This document shows, in pieces, positions 45,329-56,100 of a DNA stretch of 64,000 bases. Numbering within the stretch: position 1 is the first letter of the stretch; every line of letters begins with the position of its first letter. Origin of the DNA: a virus; the IMG/VR virus record IMGVR_UViG_2795385563_000001; one strand, written 5' to 3'. The notes under the pieces are model-generated. The model saw only the letters and a program-made list of their open reading frames with translations. It was not told where the DNA came from and searched no databases. A program made the position numbers and the translations under genes.

Positions 45329-45675
45329 GCTGTATCTGCAGTGGTTTCGCACACCCTCACCACGCGACGAAGGCCACCGCGGGTCCGGTATTGCATCACA
45401 ACTTCGAACGTGAGGAAGAGGGCCACAACGAAAATCGCTGCCAGCGTTGGGAGAACGACACCGGTGAATGCCAGTAGAGCTGCTTCGATCGCAACGATGC
45501 CGGCCTGGCTGACCGCTCCGATCCGACGCCAACGCCGATAGTGCTGAGCTTCCGCATCACTACGAATCTGGGAGAGCATCAGCGTCGCACGTTCACGAGG
45601 CGTCAGCCGGAAAAATGATGCCGAGACGGTGCCGTCGACGTACGGCACCACGCGCGACCTCGCTCGGGCGCTCAC
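45325..45675 (-). CDS. Small membrane protein (2 TM)
   Basis: IVAIEAALLAFTGVVLPTLAAIFVVALFLTF. Confidence 0.35.
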   Translation of the reverse strand: MSARARSRVVPYVDGTVSASFFRLTPRERATLMLSQIRSDAEAQHYRRWRRIGAVSQAGIVAIEAALLAFTGVVLPTLAAIFVVALFLTFEVVMQYRTRGGLRRVVRVCETTADTA

Positions 45676-46025
45676 TTTTCGCCGCCTCCGATGGCGACCG
45701 GCTGCTTGTGGTCCCAGTCGCAGCTGCCGAAGACGCCGTTGACGTGGCTCCAGTGGGGGTCACCGTCATATGTGTGCTCGAAGCACAGCACCTTTTCCTT
45801 GCCGCCGGGCAGGAGCATCCAGTACGTGCTGAACCCGCCGTCGAGATTCGGCGTTCTAGTCTCGGGTGCAGGTGTCGGCGTGGACGTCGAAGACGTTGCA
45901 GTGGTTGGCTCGAACAGCCCGAGAATTGGACTTTGATCGCTGGCACTGCACGCCGCTGTGGACACGGCCACACCGCTGATGACAAGCGCGGCGGCCGCAA
46001 CGCGGACCATTCCCCGGCGGCTCAT
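45672..46025 (-). CDS. Putative lipoprotein
   Basis: Signal peptide ending ...AVSTAAC. Thr/Pro-rich linker. Confidence 0.45.
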   Translation of the reverse strand: MSRRGMVRVAAAALVISGVAVSTAACSASDQSPILGLFEPTTATSSTSTPTPAPETRTPNLDGGFSTYWMLLPGGKEKVLCFEHTYDGDPHWSHVNGVFGSCDWDHKQPVAIGGGEK

Positions 46026-46316
46026 TGCGCGTCTCCCGATCCGAACAGTGCGCCGAGATTGAGGTCGCGCTGGATGTGACCGCCCGAGATGGTGTCGCCG
46101 ATCAGCAGCGCCCCCGTCACGACAACTGCGATCAACGCGACATGCACCAATTTCCGCAAGATGCCGCTGACAGCGGTGATCACGGCCACGACTACGACCA
46201 CCGATGCGGCCGGCCAGTGATTCAAACCGGGGATCGCAGTCGTCGCAGTCCCTCCGACACCGGTCGTCAATGCCCCAGCCAGCGCGATGCGGCGAAGAGC
46301 TGCGTTTCTGAGCATG
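46022..46316 (-). CDS. Small membrane protein (start moved to ATG 46316)
   Basis: MLRNAALRRIALAGALTTGVGG... The longer call would translate operator motif 4. Confidence 0.4.
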
Positions 46317-46334
46317 CCCACGACTCCATTTCTT

Positions 46335-46351
46335 TTCTCTAAAATGGAGAA
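46335..46351. promoter_or_regulatory. Dyad operator motif copy 4 (TTCTCTA-AAA-TGGAGAA)
   Basis: 19 bp upstream of ATG 46316 on the minus strand. Confidence 0.5.
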
Positions 46352-46355
46352 TAGA

Positions 46356-46706
46356 TCAGCGACCGTGCACTGACAACACTCGATGTACGACACGCTGAAT
46401 CCGCGTAGAGGGCTGAGATGTCGCGGATGTCGCAGAGAGGACTGTCATGTCCCCGAGAAGTTGAGTGGCCCGCTGCCGCAGCTCGCGCGCCTCACCGCGT
46501 TCGCCGTTACGTTCCAGCCTGTCGGCCTTGGCCAAGAGGACGTCAGCGGCTATCCGGTCGGGCGTCCTCGTTGCGGGGTCGGTATGCCAACGGCCAACGG
46601 ACACAGCGGCAACACACCTTTCTGCCCGCGCAACTGGAGCCCGGGGCAATGAGATCACGGACCACTGACATGGTTGAAGCCGGAGACCGGGTGTTGTCGC
46701 ACCCAC
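46356..46706 (-). CDS. Hypothetical protein
   Basis: 116-aa ORF. Weak. Confidence 0.3.
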   Translation of the reverse strand: MGATTPGLRLQPCQWSVISLPRAPVARAERCVAAVSVGRWHTDPATRTPDRIAADVLLAKADRLERNGERGEARELRQRATQLLGDMTVLSATSATSQPSTRIQRVVHRVLSVHGR

Positions 46707-46727
46707 GCCTCCGGCCTCAATCCCAGG

Positions 46728-47294
46728 TCAATCGAACAGGTTGCTCATGTCCCCGATCACTTCGGAGTCGAAGGGGTTAGCACCTGCCTTGGCATGTTTC
46801 TCAGCAGCAGCGGCCCGTTCAGAGTCTGCCTTCGCGGTGTACCTGCGCGCCGCTTCTGCGTTGATGCGCTCTTCCTCCTGCAGTGCGGCTTCACTGGCGC
46901 TCGTGGGGATTTCGAAGCCGATGTGCGCGTCGACCCGCTCCCCGTAAAAGCCCTCGACCAACGCCGACAGCCGCGGGTCGTTCGGTTCGGCGTCGGTGAG
47001 ATAGGCCACCACCGTGGAGAACACCATCGGCGTCTGATTCACGCCGTTCTCGTCCGGCTCAATCTCCTGCATGATGCGGATGCGGCCATGCGTGATCGTC
47101 GGGCGGATACCGATTCCAATGCGGTCCAGCTCATCGCGCACGTCAGCTGCGAGTTCATCGGTTTGTTTGGCGATGTCGTACTCGTGAGCACGCAGGATGT
47201 CGAACAGCGCAGCCGTGAAGTACACCGCCAACGTAGGGGCTCCGGTGTCGGCATTGATCGGCCGGAAGTATGTAGCGCTTTCAGGGGCAGTCAT
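46728..47294 (-). CDS. Hypothetical protein
   Basis: 188 aa, acidic. Confidence 0.4.
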   Translation of the reverse strand: MTAPESATYFRPINADTGAPTLAVYFTAALFDILRAHEYDIAKQTDELAADVRDELDRIGIGIRPTITHGRIRIMQEIEPDENGVNQTPMVFSTVVAYLTDAEPNDPRLSALVEGFYGERVDAHIGFEIPTSASEAALQEEERINAEAARRYTAKADSERAAAAEKHAKAGANPFDSEVIGDMSNLFD

Positions 47295-47384
47295 GATTCA
47301 AGTTGCCTTTCATTGGCGGTGATATTCATGCCGGATGCTAGATCTAATACACGGCATATCGAGGACGCAACACCTGCGACGACA

Positions 47385-47419
47385 GAAGACCCGCACCCGA
47401 GTTGCGAGTGCGGGTCTTC
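47385..47419. terminator. Hairpin terminator (minus-strand orientation)
   Basis: GAAGACCCGCAC-loop-GTGCGGGTCTTC. Confidence 0.55.
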
Positions 47420-47446
47420 ATTGGTCGTCACGCAGCGGTATGCCGG

Positions 47447-48115
47447 CTAGGCGGCCGTTGTCGTCCACCACTGGAACTGGCTGATGGCAGCTTCACGCAG
47501 GAAGCCGATCACCTGCTCGACGCTGTATCCAGCCGCGCCGTATCCCGAGTTCTGATCGTCCAATGCCCGAAGGACCTTGGCATCGTTGTCGTTGCTGGTG
47601 GGGACCTTGATGGCCACACCAGTAACGGCCTGTTCGCCTCGCTGGAAGCAGGTGACCAGCTCGTTGCGAATGTTCTTCTGCATGATCGTGATGTTCTTGG
47701 CCTCCGTGAACTGACCGGTGACCGGGTCGAGCACGATGTAGTCGACGGTCGGAGCGATAACTTGATCCTTTTCGTACTTGCTGTTGCGCGGTCCGATCCC
47801 CAACAGGCGGAACAGGATCGGCTTGTTGAAGTGCTCATCGGGGATGCCGCCTCCACCGCTGTTCGGGATCACACCGATGTTGGGCGCAACGGCGCTGACG
47901 CCCGCGTATCCGGCCGGTAGGCCGACTGGTGCAGCAGTCGGAACTGCAGTCGCTGCCACGGGGGCGGCGGCAACGGGCGCTGCTGCGGGAATCGCCGCTG
48001 CGGGTGGTGCGGCGGGAACTGCAGCCACGGGTGGTGCTGCTACCGGAATCGGGGCCGCCGGAGCAGCCGGGACGCCGGCCACGGGGGCTGCGGAGGGAGC
48101 AATAGGAGCGGTCAT
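47447..48115 (-). CDS. Ala/Pro-rich N-terminal protein with globular C-terminal domain
   Basis: (PAA/PVA)n for about 80 aa, then a conserved-looking domain. Confidence 0.4.
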   Translation of the reverse strand: MTAPIAPSAAPVAGVPAAPAAPIPVAAPPVAAVPAAPPAAAIPAAAPVAAAPVAATAVPTAAPVGLPAGYAGVSAVAPNIGVIPNSGGGGIPDEHFNKPILFRLLGIGPRNSKYEKDQVIAPTVDYIVLDPVTGQFTEAKNITIMQKNIRNELVTCFQRGEQAVTGVAIKVPTSNDNDAKVLRALDDQNSGYGAAGYSVEQVIGFLREAAISQFQWWTTTAA

Positions 48116-48305
48116 GATGGTGCCTCTTTTCAGGTGCTGTTGAAGTTGCTGTTGCTGTTGTATGTCGATCCAGATGCATCTTCGCTGGCTGGCTTGCCCG
48201 TCTTAGACGCTTGAGATCCGCACCGACTGCATAACTATTTACACTGCAAGTACGACAGGCAACTGAGACGGCAAATGCCGGTTTCCTCGGCGTGTCGCGG
48301 CGGCG

Positions 48306-48470
48306 TCAGCACTTTCGAATTCGCCCGTAGGCCGCTGTTATCTCTGGATCGTTTAGGTACCGCACGAGAAAGTTGTCGGCCTCACTGTGTGCCATTTCCG
48401 GGTCACTGAGACCGACATCGTGCAATTCCCGGAGCTTTTGCATCAGCTCCGATTTGGTGAAGGAAGCCAT
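48306..48470 (-). CDS. Possible small helical protein (54 aa, below the track cutoff)
   Basis: MASFTKSELMQKLRELHDVGLSDPEMAHSEADNFLVRYLNDPEITAAYGRIRKC, read by eye. Confidence 0.25.
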   Translation of the reverse strand: MASFTKSELMQKLRELHDVGLSDPEMAHSEADNFLVRYLNDPEITAAYGRIRKC

Positions 48471-48564
48471 GAGCGGTGTCTACCGCTCATGCACGGAAAC
48501 GACTCCCCCTGAGACGCGTGTTCACCGCGAATCGGTAGACGTGTCCGGGTCGGCCGGTTGGTGG

Positions 48565-49020
48565 TCAGCCGAACAGAACCAGCGTCACGACCACCGGCGA
48601 AGCCTCCGCAACCTCCCGAATGATCTGCTCGGCCACTGCGGGATCCAGACCGCCGATACCGCCGCCGATAAGTGGTAGCGCGACAGAACCGATCCCCTGC
48701 TTATGCGCCAGGTCTAGCCCCTGAGTCAGAGATGCGCGCAGCCACTGCTCGGTCGCATCGGGACCCGGCTGATTCTGACTCGCACAGTGGATGATGGGGC
48801 GACCCAGCCCGGCGTCACGGCCTTTGTTACGGGTGAACACAGCCGAGCCGGGCGTGATCCGCCCCTGCTGCGCAAGGATGACGTACTGAGTCATCGCGTC
48901 GGGATAGCGGTCCGCCATCACCGAGGCCAGGCCCCCGGTGACGCCCTGGCAATTCACTCCGTGCGCCAATGCCTCAGCTGGATGGGCGAACAAGTCGCCG
49001 GTCTCGACGGTGAAGCTCAT
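48565..49020 (-). CDS. Macro domain protein (ADP-ribose binding/processing)
   Basis: VETGDLFAHPAEALAHGVNCQGVTGGLASVM...GSVALPLIGGGIGGLDP matches the macrodomain fold. Confidence 0.7.
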   Translation of the reverse strand: MSFTVETGDLFAHPAEALAHGVNCQGVTGGLASVMADRYPDAMTQYVILAQQGRITPGSAVFTRNKGRDAGLGRPIIHCASQNQPGPDATEQWLRASLTQGLDLAHKQGIGSVALPLIGGGIGGLDPAVAEQIIREVAEASPVVVTLVLFG

Positions 49021-50086
49021 CGATGCCTCCTCAGACTCGATCCGAATGGGGGACGCGACGGATTGTCCTGTACGTCCCCCAACTGCCAGGGTTCAATGGC
49101 ACGGGCCCGGCTCAGTCTTGCGAGCTTGCCGAGCAGTAGGTCCGACATCTTGTCGCCCTGAACTTCGGCGTCACAGTCACCTTGGGCATCTACGGGAACG
49201 GGATACCTTCTGTCGATGTGGAAGCCCACCATTGGGGTTGGATACTGATCCGACGGCAACTTGCGCAGCATTTTTCCGTACGGTCGGCCAGCAGGTATGT
49301 GAGCGGCGTCGTCAGTCCCTATCAGCGCGCGTGAGTGCTCAGGTCTGTTGACCCTCAGTGAGAACCTGAATCCCAGCAGAGCATCCAGCCCTTCAAGCAT
49401 CGGCTCGGAGAAGTGTTCACCGGCCAGAAGCAGGTGCACTCCGGCCGAGGCCCCGTCTCGTGCGATGTCCATGAGCCGGTTTCGCTTCTCTGGATTCTCC
49501 TGTAGGACCCAGCAGAAATTGTCGATGACCGCTACCAGATCTGGTAGCGGCGGACAATTACCGTCAACAGCGCGTGCACAGCGTTCGCGCCGGTATTCGG
49601 CACTGCTCCGGCAGTGTTTGGACGCGAGAAAGTCCTCTCGACGCCGGATCTCAGCTGTGAGAACAGCCAACGTCCAGTCAATGGTCTCTTCGGGTTTGTC
49701 ATGACCTGACACGTTTGCGACCGTGTGGGGCAACGCCTCGAATCCTCGGAACGTCGCGGTCCCCATCCCGTCAGCCAAGAACAGCGAAAGCCGATCCGGC
49801 CCATACCTGGTCGCGAGCGACAAGACCATCGACCGCAGGAAGTAACTTCTTCCCGCCCCGGTCCGCCCCTGCACGGCGCCGCTGGTTCCGTCACGCGAAA
49901 AGTCCAGGGTGCTCAGCTCTGGGATCAGCGCGTCGCCGACACGCAGATAACCTGTTGGTATCGCGACTGAGTCAGCGTGAGCGTTCCGCGCCCATGCCGC
50001 CGCGGGGTTGTAGGTTTCGATGTCGTCGATACCGAGCACGTCGAAGAAGTCCGGAATCTTGCCGTCACTGTCTGCACCGATGGCGC

Positions 50087-50090
<4 letters not shown>
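49017..50090 (-). CDS. Stand-alone FtsK/SpoIIIE ATPase domain, close paralogue of EccC ATPase domain 1, with Walker A Lys replaced by Arg
   Basis: DFFDVLGIDDIETYN...GAVQGRTGAGRSYFLRSMVLSLATRYGPDRLSLFLADGMGTATF versus EccC DFFEVLEIGDIETHD...GAVAGRTGSGKSYFLRAVVLALIAMYGPDKVALILADFKGGATF. Walker B VAVIDNF. Confidence 0.7.
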
Positions 50091-50905
<815 letters not shown>

Positions 50906-51524
50906 GTCCCGTCGTCCTTTCCATTGGTTGAAACGGCGCCTGGTGGTTCACGCGCTGTGTCCGCGCTAGATGAAGCGAGCCGCAATCTAGGACTGACCGA
51001 CCGACGAGCCAGACCGCGGCGCGTACCCGGAAATGCCCGAGAGCACACCCGCGATCACGCATCGCTCAAATCGCCCCTATCAATCGCCCCCGCCGACCGG
51101 TTCAGCAGCCGCTCCGATCCAGTACGGAGCCTGGCTGCGGAGTTGTCTCCAACGCGCGTGCGCACGCGCAAGACCGCCGCTTCCCCGAATTCGCTCAATG
51201 TCACGCTCAGAGGTGCGCTCATTGGGTCGATCAGCACCTCGCTCAGAAGCCCCGCCAAAACCCCACTCAACTCCGCAGTCAATATTGCGATACGCACTAA
51301 AGCTCCACGGCTGGAAAGTGTTTCGCGCTTCCACTTGGTCGCGGCCCAAGTATTCGCGCCGCCGTGACCCCGCTCAGCCGCGCGCTCAACTCGACGTTAC
51401 GGAACCTCTAGCTGCAGCCCGGCGCACGAGGACCACGGATCGGGGGACGTGACATCCATCGCGCCACGGCGGGTGTCGTGTCGCGTGCGATCCGATTACG
51501 GGTTGCGCCGCACACTGCGCCCCC

Positions 51525-52301
51525 ATGGGCTCGCTGAAATCTCTTCCGGGAAACGACAAGCTGCTGGGTCAGCTCCTGCAGACGCTGCTTGTGCTGGCTG
51601 CTGTGGCGGTCATTGTGGTCTTGATCGTCAACGGCACCTTGTTGGGCAAGGACAGCCGGATATCATCCGTGCTCAGCAAAATCACCGGTCAAGAACAAAG
51701 CGATGAAGTAGCGCCATCGGGCTCAACGACGGCAAGCGGCAGCGGAACTCCCAGTCCTGATCCATCGACGCTGACCGTCGCTGCGCCCGGATCCAAGAAT
51801 GGCTATGCACGCGCACGGTTCGGACAACCATGGACTGACGACGTCGACGTAGAAGGCGGCCATAACGGGTGCGGCACGCGTGATGACATCCTGCAGCGTG
51901 ACCTCACCGGCATAACCCTTTCCGGCTCATGCAAAGTCATGTCCGGAACGCTTGCCGACCCGTACACCGGACAGATCATGTCGTTCGTCTACGGCAAGAA
52001 GACATCAGCTCTCGTCCAGATCGATCACCTAGTGAGCCTGTCAAATTCTTGGGTCTCTGGTGCCTCGACATGGGACTTGTCCGAACTCAAGAAGATCGCG
52101 AACGACCCGTTGAATTTACTTGCCGTCAACGGGTCTTCCAATGAAAGCAAGGGCGAGAAGTCTGCCGATCAGTGGCTTCCGGAGAACACCGCGTTCGACT
52201 GCACCTATGTCAAGCGACAGGTGATGGTCAAGAACAAGTACAGGCTCACCGTGACCGCCGCTGAGAAAGCCACGATGCAGCAATTCTACGGCGCCTGCTG
52301 A
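51525..52301 (+). CDS. Membrane-anchored/secreted HNH-type nuclease-like protein (DUF1524-like)
   Basis: N-terminal TM helix, Ser/Thr/Pro linker, then GHNGCGTRDD...IDHLVSLSNSW...NLLAVNGSSNESKG (His/Asn/Asn HNH-like). Confidence 0.5.
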   Translation: MGSLKSLPGNDKLLGQLLQTLLVLAAVAVIVVLIVNGTLLGKDSRISSVLSKITGQEQSDEVAPSGSTTASGSGTPSPDPSTLTVAAPGSKNGYARARFGQPWTDDVDVEGGHNGCGTRDDILQRDLTGITLSGSCKVMSGTLADPYTGQIMSFVYGKKTSALVQIDHLVSLSNSWVSGASTWDLSELKKIANDPLNLLAVNGSSNESKGEKSADQWLPENTAFDCTYVKRQVMVKNKYRLTVTAAEKATMQQFYGAC

Positions 52302-52357
52302 CAACGGGCTCGTGCCTGATGCGTCAGCCCGGCGAAGCCGCCTCTACGGTGCGCGGC

Positions 52358-53089
52358 ATGTCTATCGTTCGTACATGCATGGCCGCAGTTGTTTTCGTTG
52401 CGTCCCTATGCCTTCTGGCTGCCGGATGCGACCATTCGGACATGGCGCAATCACCGGTCCCATCCACTGTCACCGAACCCGACGGCGTGTCGCGCGGAGC
52501 CGACGCAACGTTGCTGATGAACGATGCAGTCTCAGCGGCCCGGGCAACACCATCCGCGCGCCTGCTGTTCTCCAGCACCAATGTCGCCGACCTGTTGGCG
52601 AAGGCATACGCCGCTGACGTGACCGTCACTCCCGCTATCGCAGCGCGCGGAAACGCCACCTTGAAGATCAACGGCGACTACACCCAGGCTCAGTTCCGCA
52701 CCGGCGAGGGAACCTTGTGGGTTCAGGGATCTGACGGCGCATTCGTGAAGGTTGGACGTGCGCGCGGCACACTCGATCCCGCCGCGCTGCTCGATCCTGC
52801 GCGAGGGATCGCAGGTCTGCTTGCCGCTGTGGATTCTCCCGTGATCGAAGAGCCGCATGCTTTCGCGGGTTCGGATGCGGCGATCAAAGTTACGGGGACC
52901 CTGCCTTCGCCGTCTGCCAGTGCCTTGATTCCAAAATCATCGCTCGGGGACGCCAAGGAACTTCCCGCGGCCCTGTGGTTGGCGCCGCAATCACCGCACC
53001 AGTTGATGCAGCTGACCATCGCGGTCGGTGACGGATCGCTTGCGCTCAGAGTTGAAAAGGGCGAGCCGTTCACTATTCCCGTGCAGTAG
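52358..53089 (+). CDS. Lipoprotein (lipobox LAAGC)
   Basis: MSIVRTCMAAVVFVASLCLLAAGC. The start was moved to ATG 52358. Confidence 0.5.
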   Translation: MSIVRTCMAAVVFVASLCLLAAGCDHSDMAQSPVPSTVTEPDGVSRGADATLLMNDAVSAARATPSARLLFSSTNVADLLAKAYAADVTVTPAIAARGNATLKINGDYTQAQFRTGEGTLWVQGSDGAFVKVGRARGTLDPAALLDPARGIAGLLAAVDSPVIEEPHAFAGSDAAIKVTGTLPSPSASALIPKSSLGDAKELPAALWLAPQSPHQLMQLTIAVGDGSLALRVEKGEPFTIPVQ

Positions 53090-53127
53090 CGCCTCATTTA
53101 GGGATCCCTTCATGGACTGAACAACAC

Positions 53128-53163
53128 AGCGCCCCGGCGCCTTTCACAGGTACCGGGGCGCTG
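53128..53163. terminator. Hairpin terminator between convergent genes
   Basis: CAGCGCCCCGG-loop-CCGGGGCGCTG. Confidence 0.55.
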
Positions 53164-53181
53164 CGCTGAGCAACGCCGATG

Positions 53182-56100
53182 CTATGCAGACTGCCGAAGC
53201 GCCTGCCGCTCTTGCTGCAATTTCCTGTCCACCGCGTCGACATCGATCCGCGCGGTCTGCACCATTGCATAGTCGTCCGCATCTACGATGATTCGGCCCT
53301 GTCCAGGACGCCAGCGCATCGGCTTGAGGTGGTAAGCCTGGCCGATTGGATCGCCGGATGACGGTGGGCTAGCCAGCTGCAGGATGGGAGCCATCATGTT
53401 CTCCCGCAGCGCCATCAGGAACTCGGCCGACTTCACCTTGCTGGCGAACCCGCTGTTGTCCGAGACGATGAAGTGCACGCCGAGGTCTGTTCCGGAAGCG
53501 AGCAATTCACTAATCGTCACCCCGCCATACCGCACCTCGTCGAACACCGACTTCGACGAGTAGCCCTTGGCCAGGTTGGAGAAGTTGTCGACGAACACGT
53601 AAACCTCGGGTCCAGTGAAGAAGGTCCGGGACTTGAGCTCATCGGCAGTGGCGTCGTCGGTGGGGCGACGAGATCCCATTAGCTTGACCAACATCTCCGC
53701 CGTTTCGGCGATATCTTCGGCACTGGTGACATATCCCGGTGGACGCATCCGCTCCCGCACCATCGCACCGTCGCGCTCCACCTCTTGGAACTTGGCGGGC
53801 CTGACGAATCCGCGGGCATACAGGCGATCTCGCTCCCCCAGGTGCTGGCGAAGCGGGTCGATCACGATGATGATGGCGTCCTTCGGGGTGAACTGACGCA
53901 TCACCGACTCCATGAAGCTGCGCATCAGATTGCTCTTGCCGGCGCCCTTCTCGCTGTACACAAGCAGGTTTTGTGAGAAGTTCGGCATCGGCGCCAGGTC
54001 CAAAGTGTCCATGCGGACACCCAGCGGGATGATCGTGTGCATGGGATGCCGGTGAGGATCGCTCAGTGGCGCGAACGTCGACCACATGTGCTCGTAGTCG
54101 ATGACCGGATCGGCGGGCAGAACCTTGGGAACTCTCTGATCGGCTAGCTCGGCGTCAAGATAGGTGCACAGTTCTCGGATCTCTTCGCCGTAATCGTGAA
54201 TCTTGAAGTCCTTCATACCTCCCACGTACCCGTCCTCTTCGATCTCTCGGAAGATGGGCACCGCGGTGCGCGCCTGCAACATCGTGAACGGATCGAATGA
54301 ACGGCCAGGCTGATCCACCGGGATACGCTCGCTCAAGGTGAAGCGCACCTCGGACGAGACTTTCGCCCCACCGTAGTCCGTAGAAGGGAGCTGTACACCG
54401 CCGTTGACCTCCGCGGTGTAGTGAGTCACGTTGCCCGCGTTTCCTGATCCGCCTGAGTCAGCGGTGTAGACCAGGTGCACGCCCACCGCGGCGCCCTTGT
54501 CGAGGATTGGGCGCAACAGTTGCGCACGGTCGGCGCGCTCGTCCTTCTCGCCCAGGAATCCTCCGATGCCGTCAATAGCCACGATCACGTACCCGTAGGG
54601 GTCGCCTTCGACGGGGACAGCGGACTCACCAGACTTGGACGCCAGGTACGCGTCCACCGACGAAGCTTGGCGATCCACCATTTCGCGACGACGTAGGTCG
54701 ATCAGGCGGGAGGCCTCACCGAGAATGCGCGCTGTGGTCTCGTCGTCCTCCGGTCGCGCATAGGCCGCAACGTTCGGGCTGTCCTTGACTTCTCCGAGCT
54801 TGCCGGTGCCGTAGTCGACCAGCATGAACGCAAGCCGCGCCGGTCCGTGCTGGAGGCATCCGCAGATGACCAGCGTCTGTAGCAGGGTCGTGCGCCCCGA
54901 CTTGCCAGCGCCCGCGATCACCTGGTGTGGCAGGTTTCCGCCGAAATCCACGAACCAGGGCAACCGCGTGTGCTTTTCGGGTGCATCGAGGTCACCGACC
55001 CTGATCCTGATCCCGCGCTCTTCACGAGTCAGGTCCAACGTGGGCAATGACAGCGGCTCACGTAGCGATGGTTTCCACAGATCCAGGGTGCGCATTTTTG
55101 ACAGACGCGAGGCCTTTTCCAAGAGAACATCGGCCATCTTCTCGCCGAGCTCCTCCTCGGTGACCTCAACGTTATCTTCCTTTACCTCGGGTTTGAATTC
55201 CCCGGTGGCGAAGAACGTGAACGGAACTACCGTCTCCGCGACTGGTCCGGATCCGTCCGCATGCACACGAGATCGCTCGGTCACCGTGCGCCTGACGTAC
55301 GGCGCCTCGTGATGGAACGCCGCTACTTCAACAGGCTTGGCGTCAGTGGTGAACTTGCGCAAGATCTTTCCCTTGAGCCCGCCCTTCTTGCCCACCATCG
55401 TCGCCGCGTCGTCTGTGCCCAGCATCGCGACGGAATAGCTCGTGCTGTTGACCGCCAACGAGTAGCGGAAGGTCAAGTGCTCGAACAGATCACCGATGAC
55501 ATCCTTGTTGATGAACTGGCTGCACATGACCAGGTGCATACCCAGCGAGCGGCCCACGCGCCCGACGCGGATCAGCATCTCCAGATAGCCCGGGCGGCCT
55601 TTGAGGAATTCGCCGAACTCGTCGATGATCACGATCAGGTCAGGAAGCGGAGGCCAGTTCGGATCGTTCGGGTGCTTCTTCTGCTGCTCCCGGTAGTCGA
55701 AGATGTCCTTGCAGCCCTTTTCGGTGGTGATGAACTCCTCCCGGCGGTCCACCTCTCCGTTGATGACCGCGCCTAGGCGATCGACGAGTTCCATCGTGTT
55801 CTCGAGGTTGGAGATAGACGCCACGACGTGCGGCAGCTTGTCCATCCCCAGGAACGTCGCGCCGCCCTTGAAGTCAGCAAGAATGAGCGCGACCTTGTCC
55901 GGTCCATACATCGCGATGAGCGCCAGGACTACCGCGCGCAGGAAGTAGGACTTACCGGAACCGGTTCGGCCCGCCACCGCTCCGTGCGGACCGTTTCCGT
56001 CTCGGTTCTCTTCGTAGAAGTTCAGGTATGTCAGCTCGGGGGTGAGCTCATCGCCCTTGCGGTAGTAGCCAAACGGCACCTTGATCTCGTCGGTGTAGGC

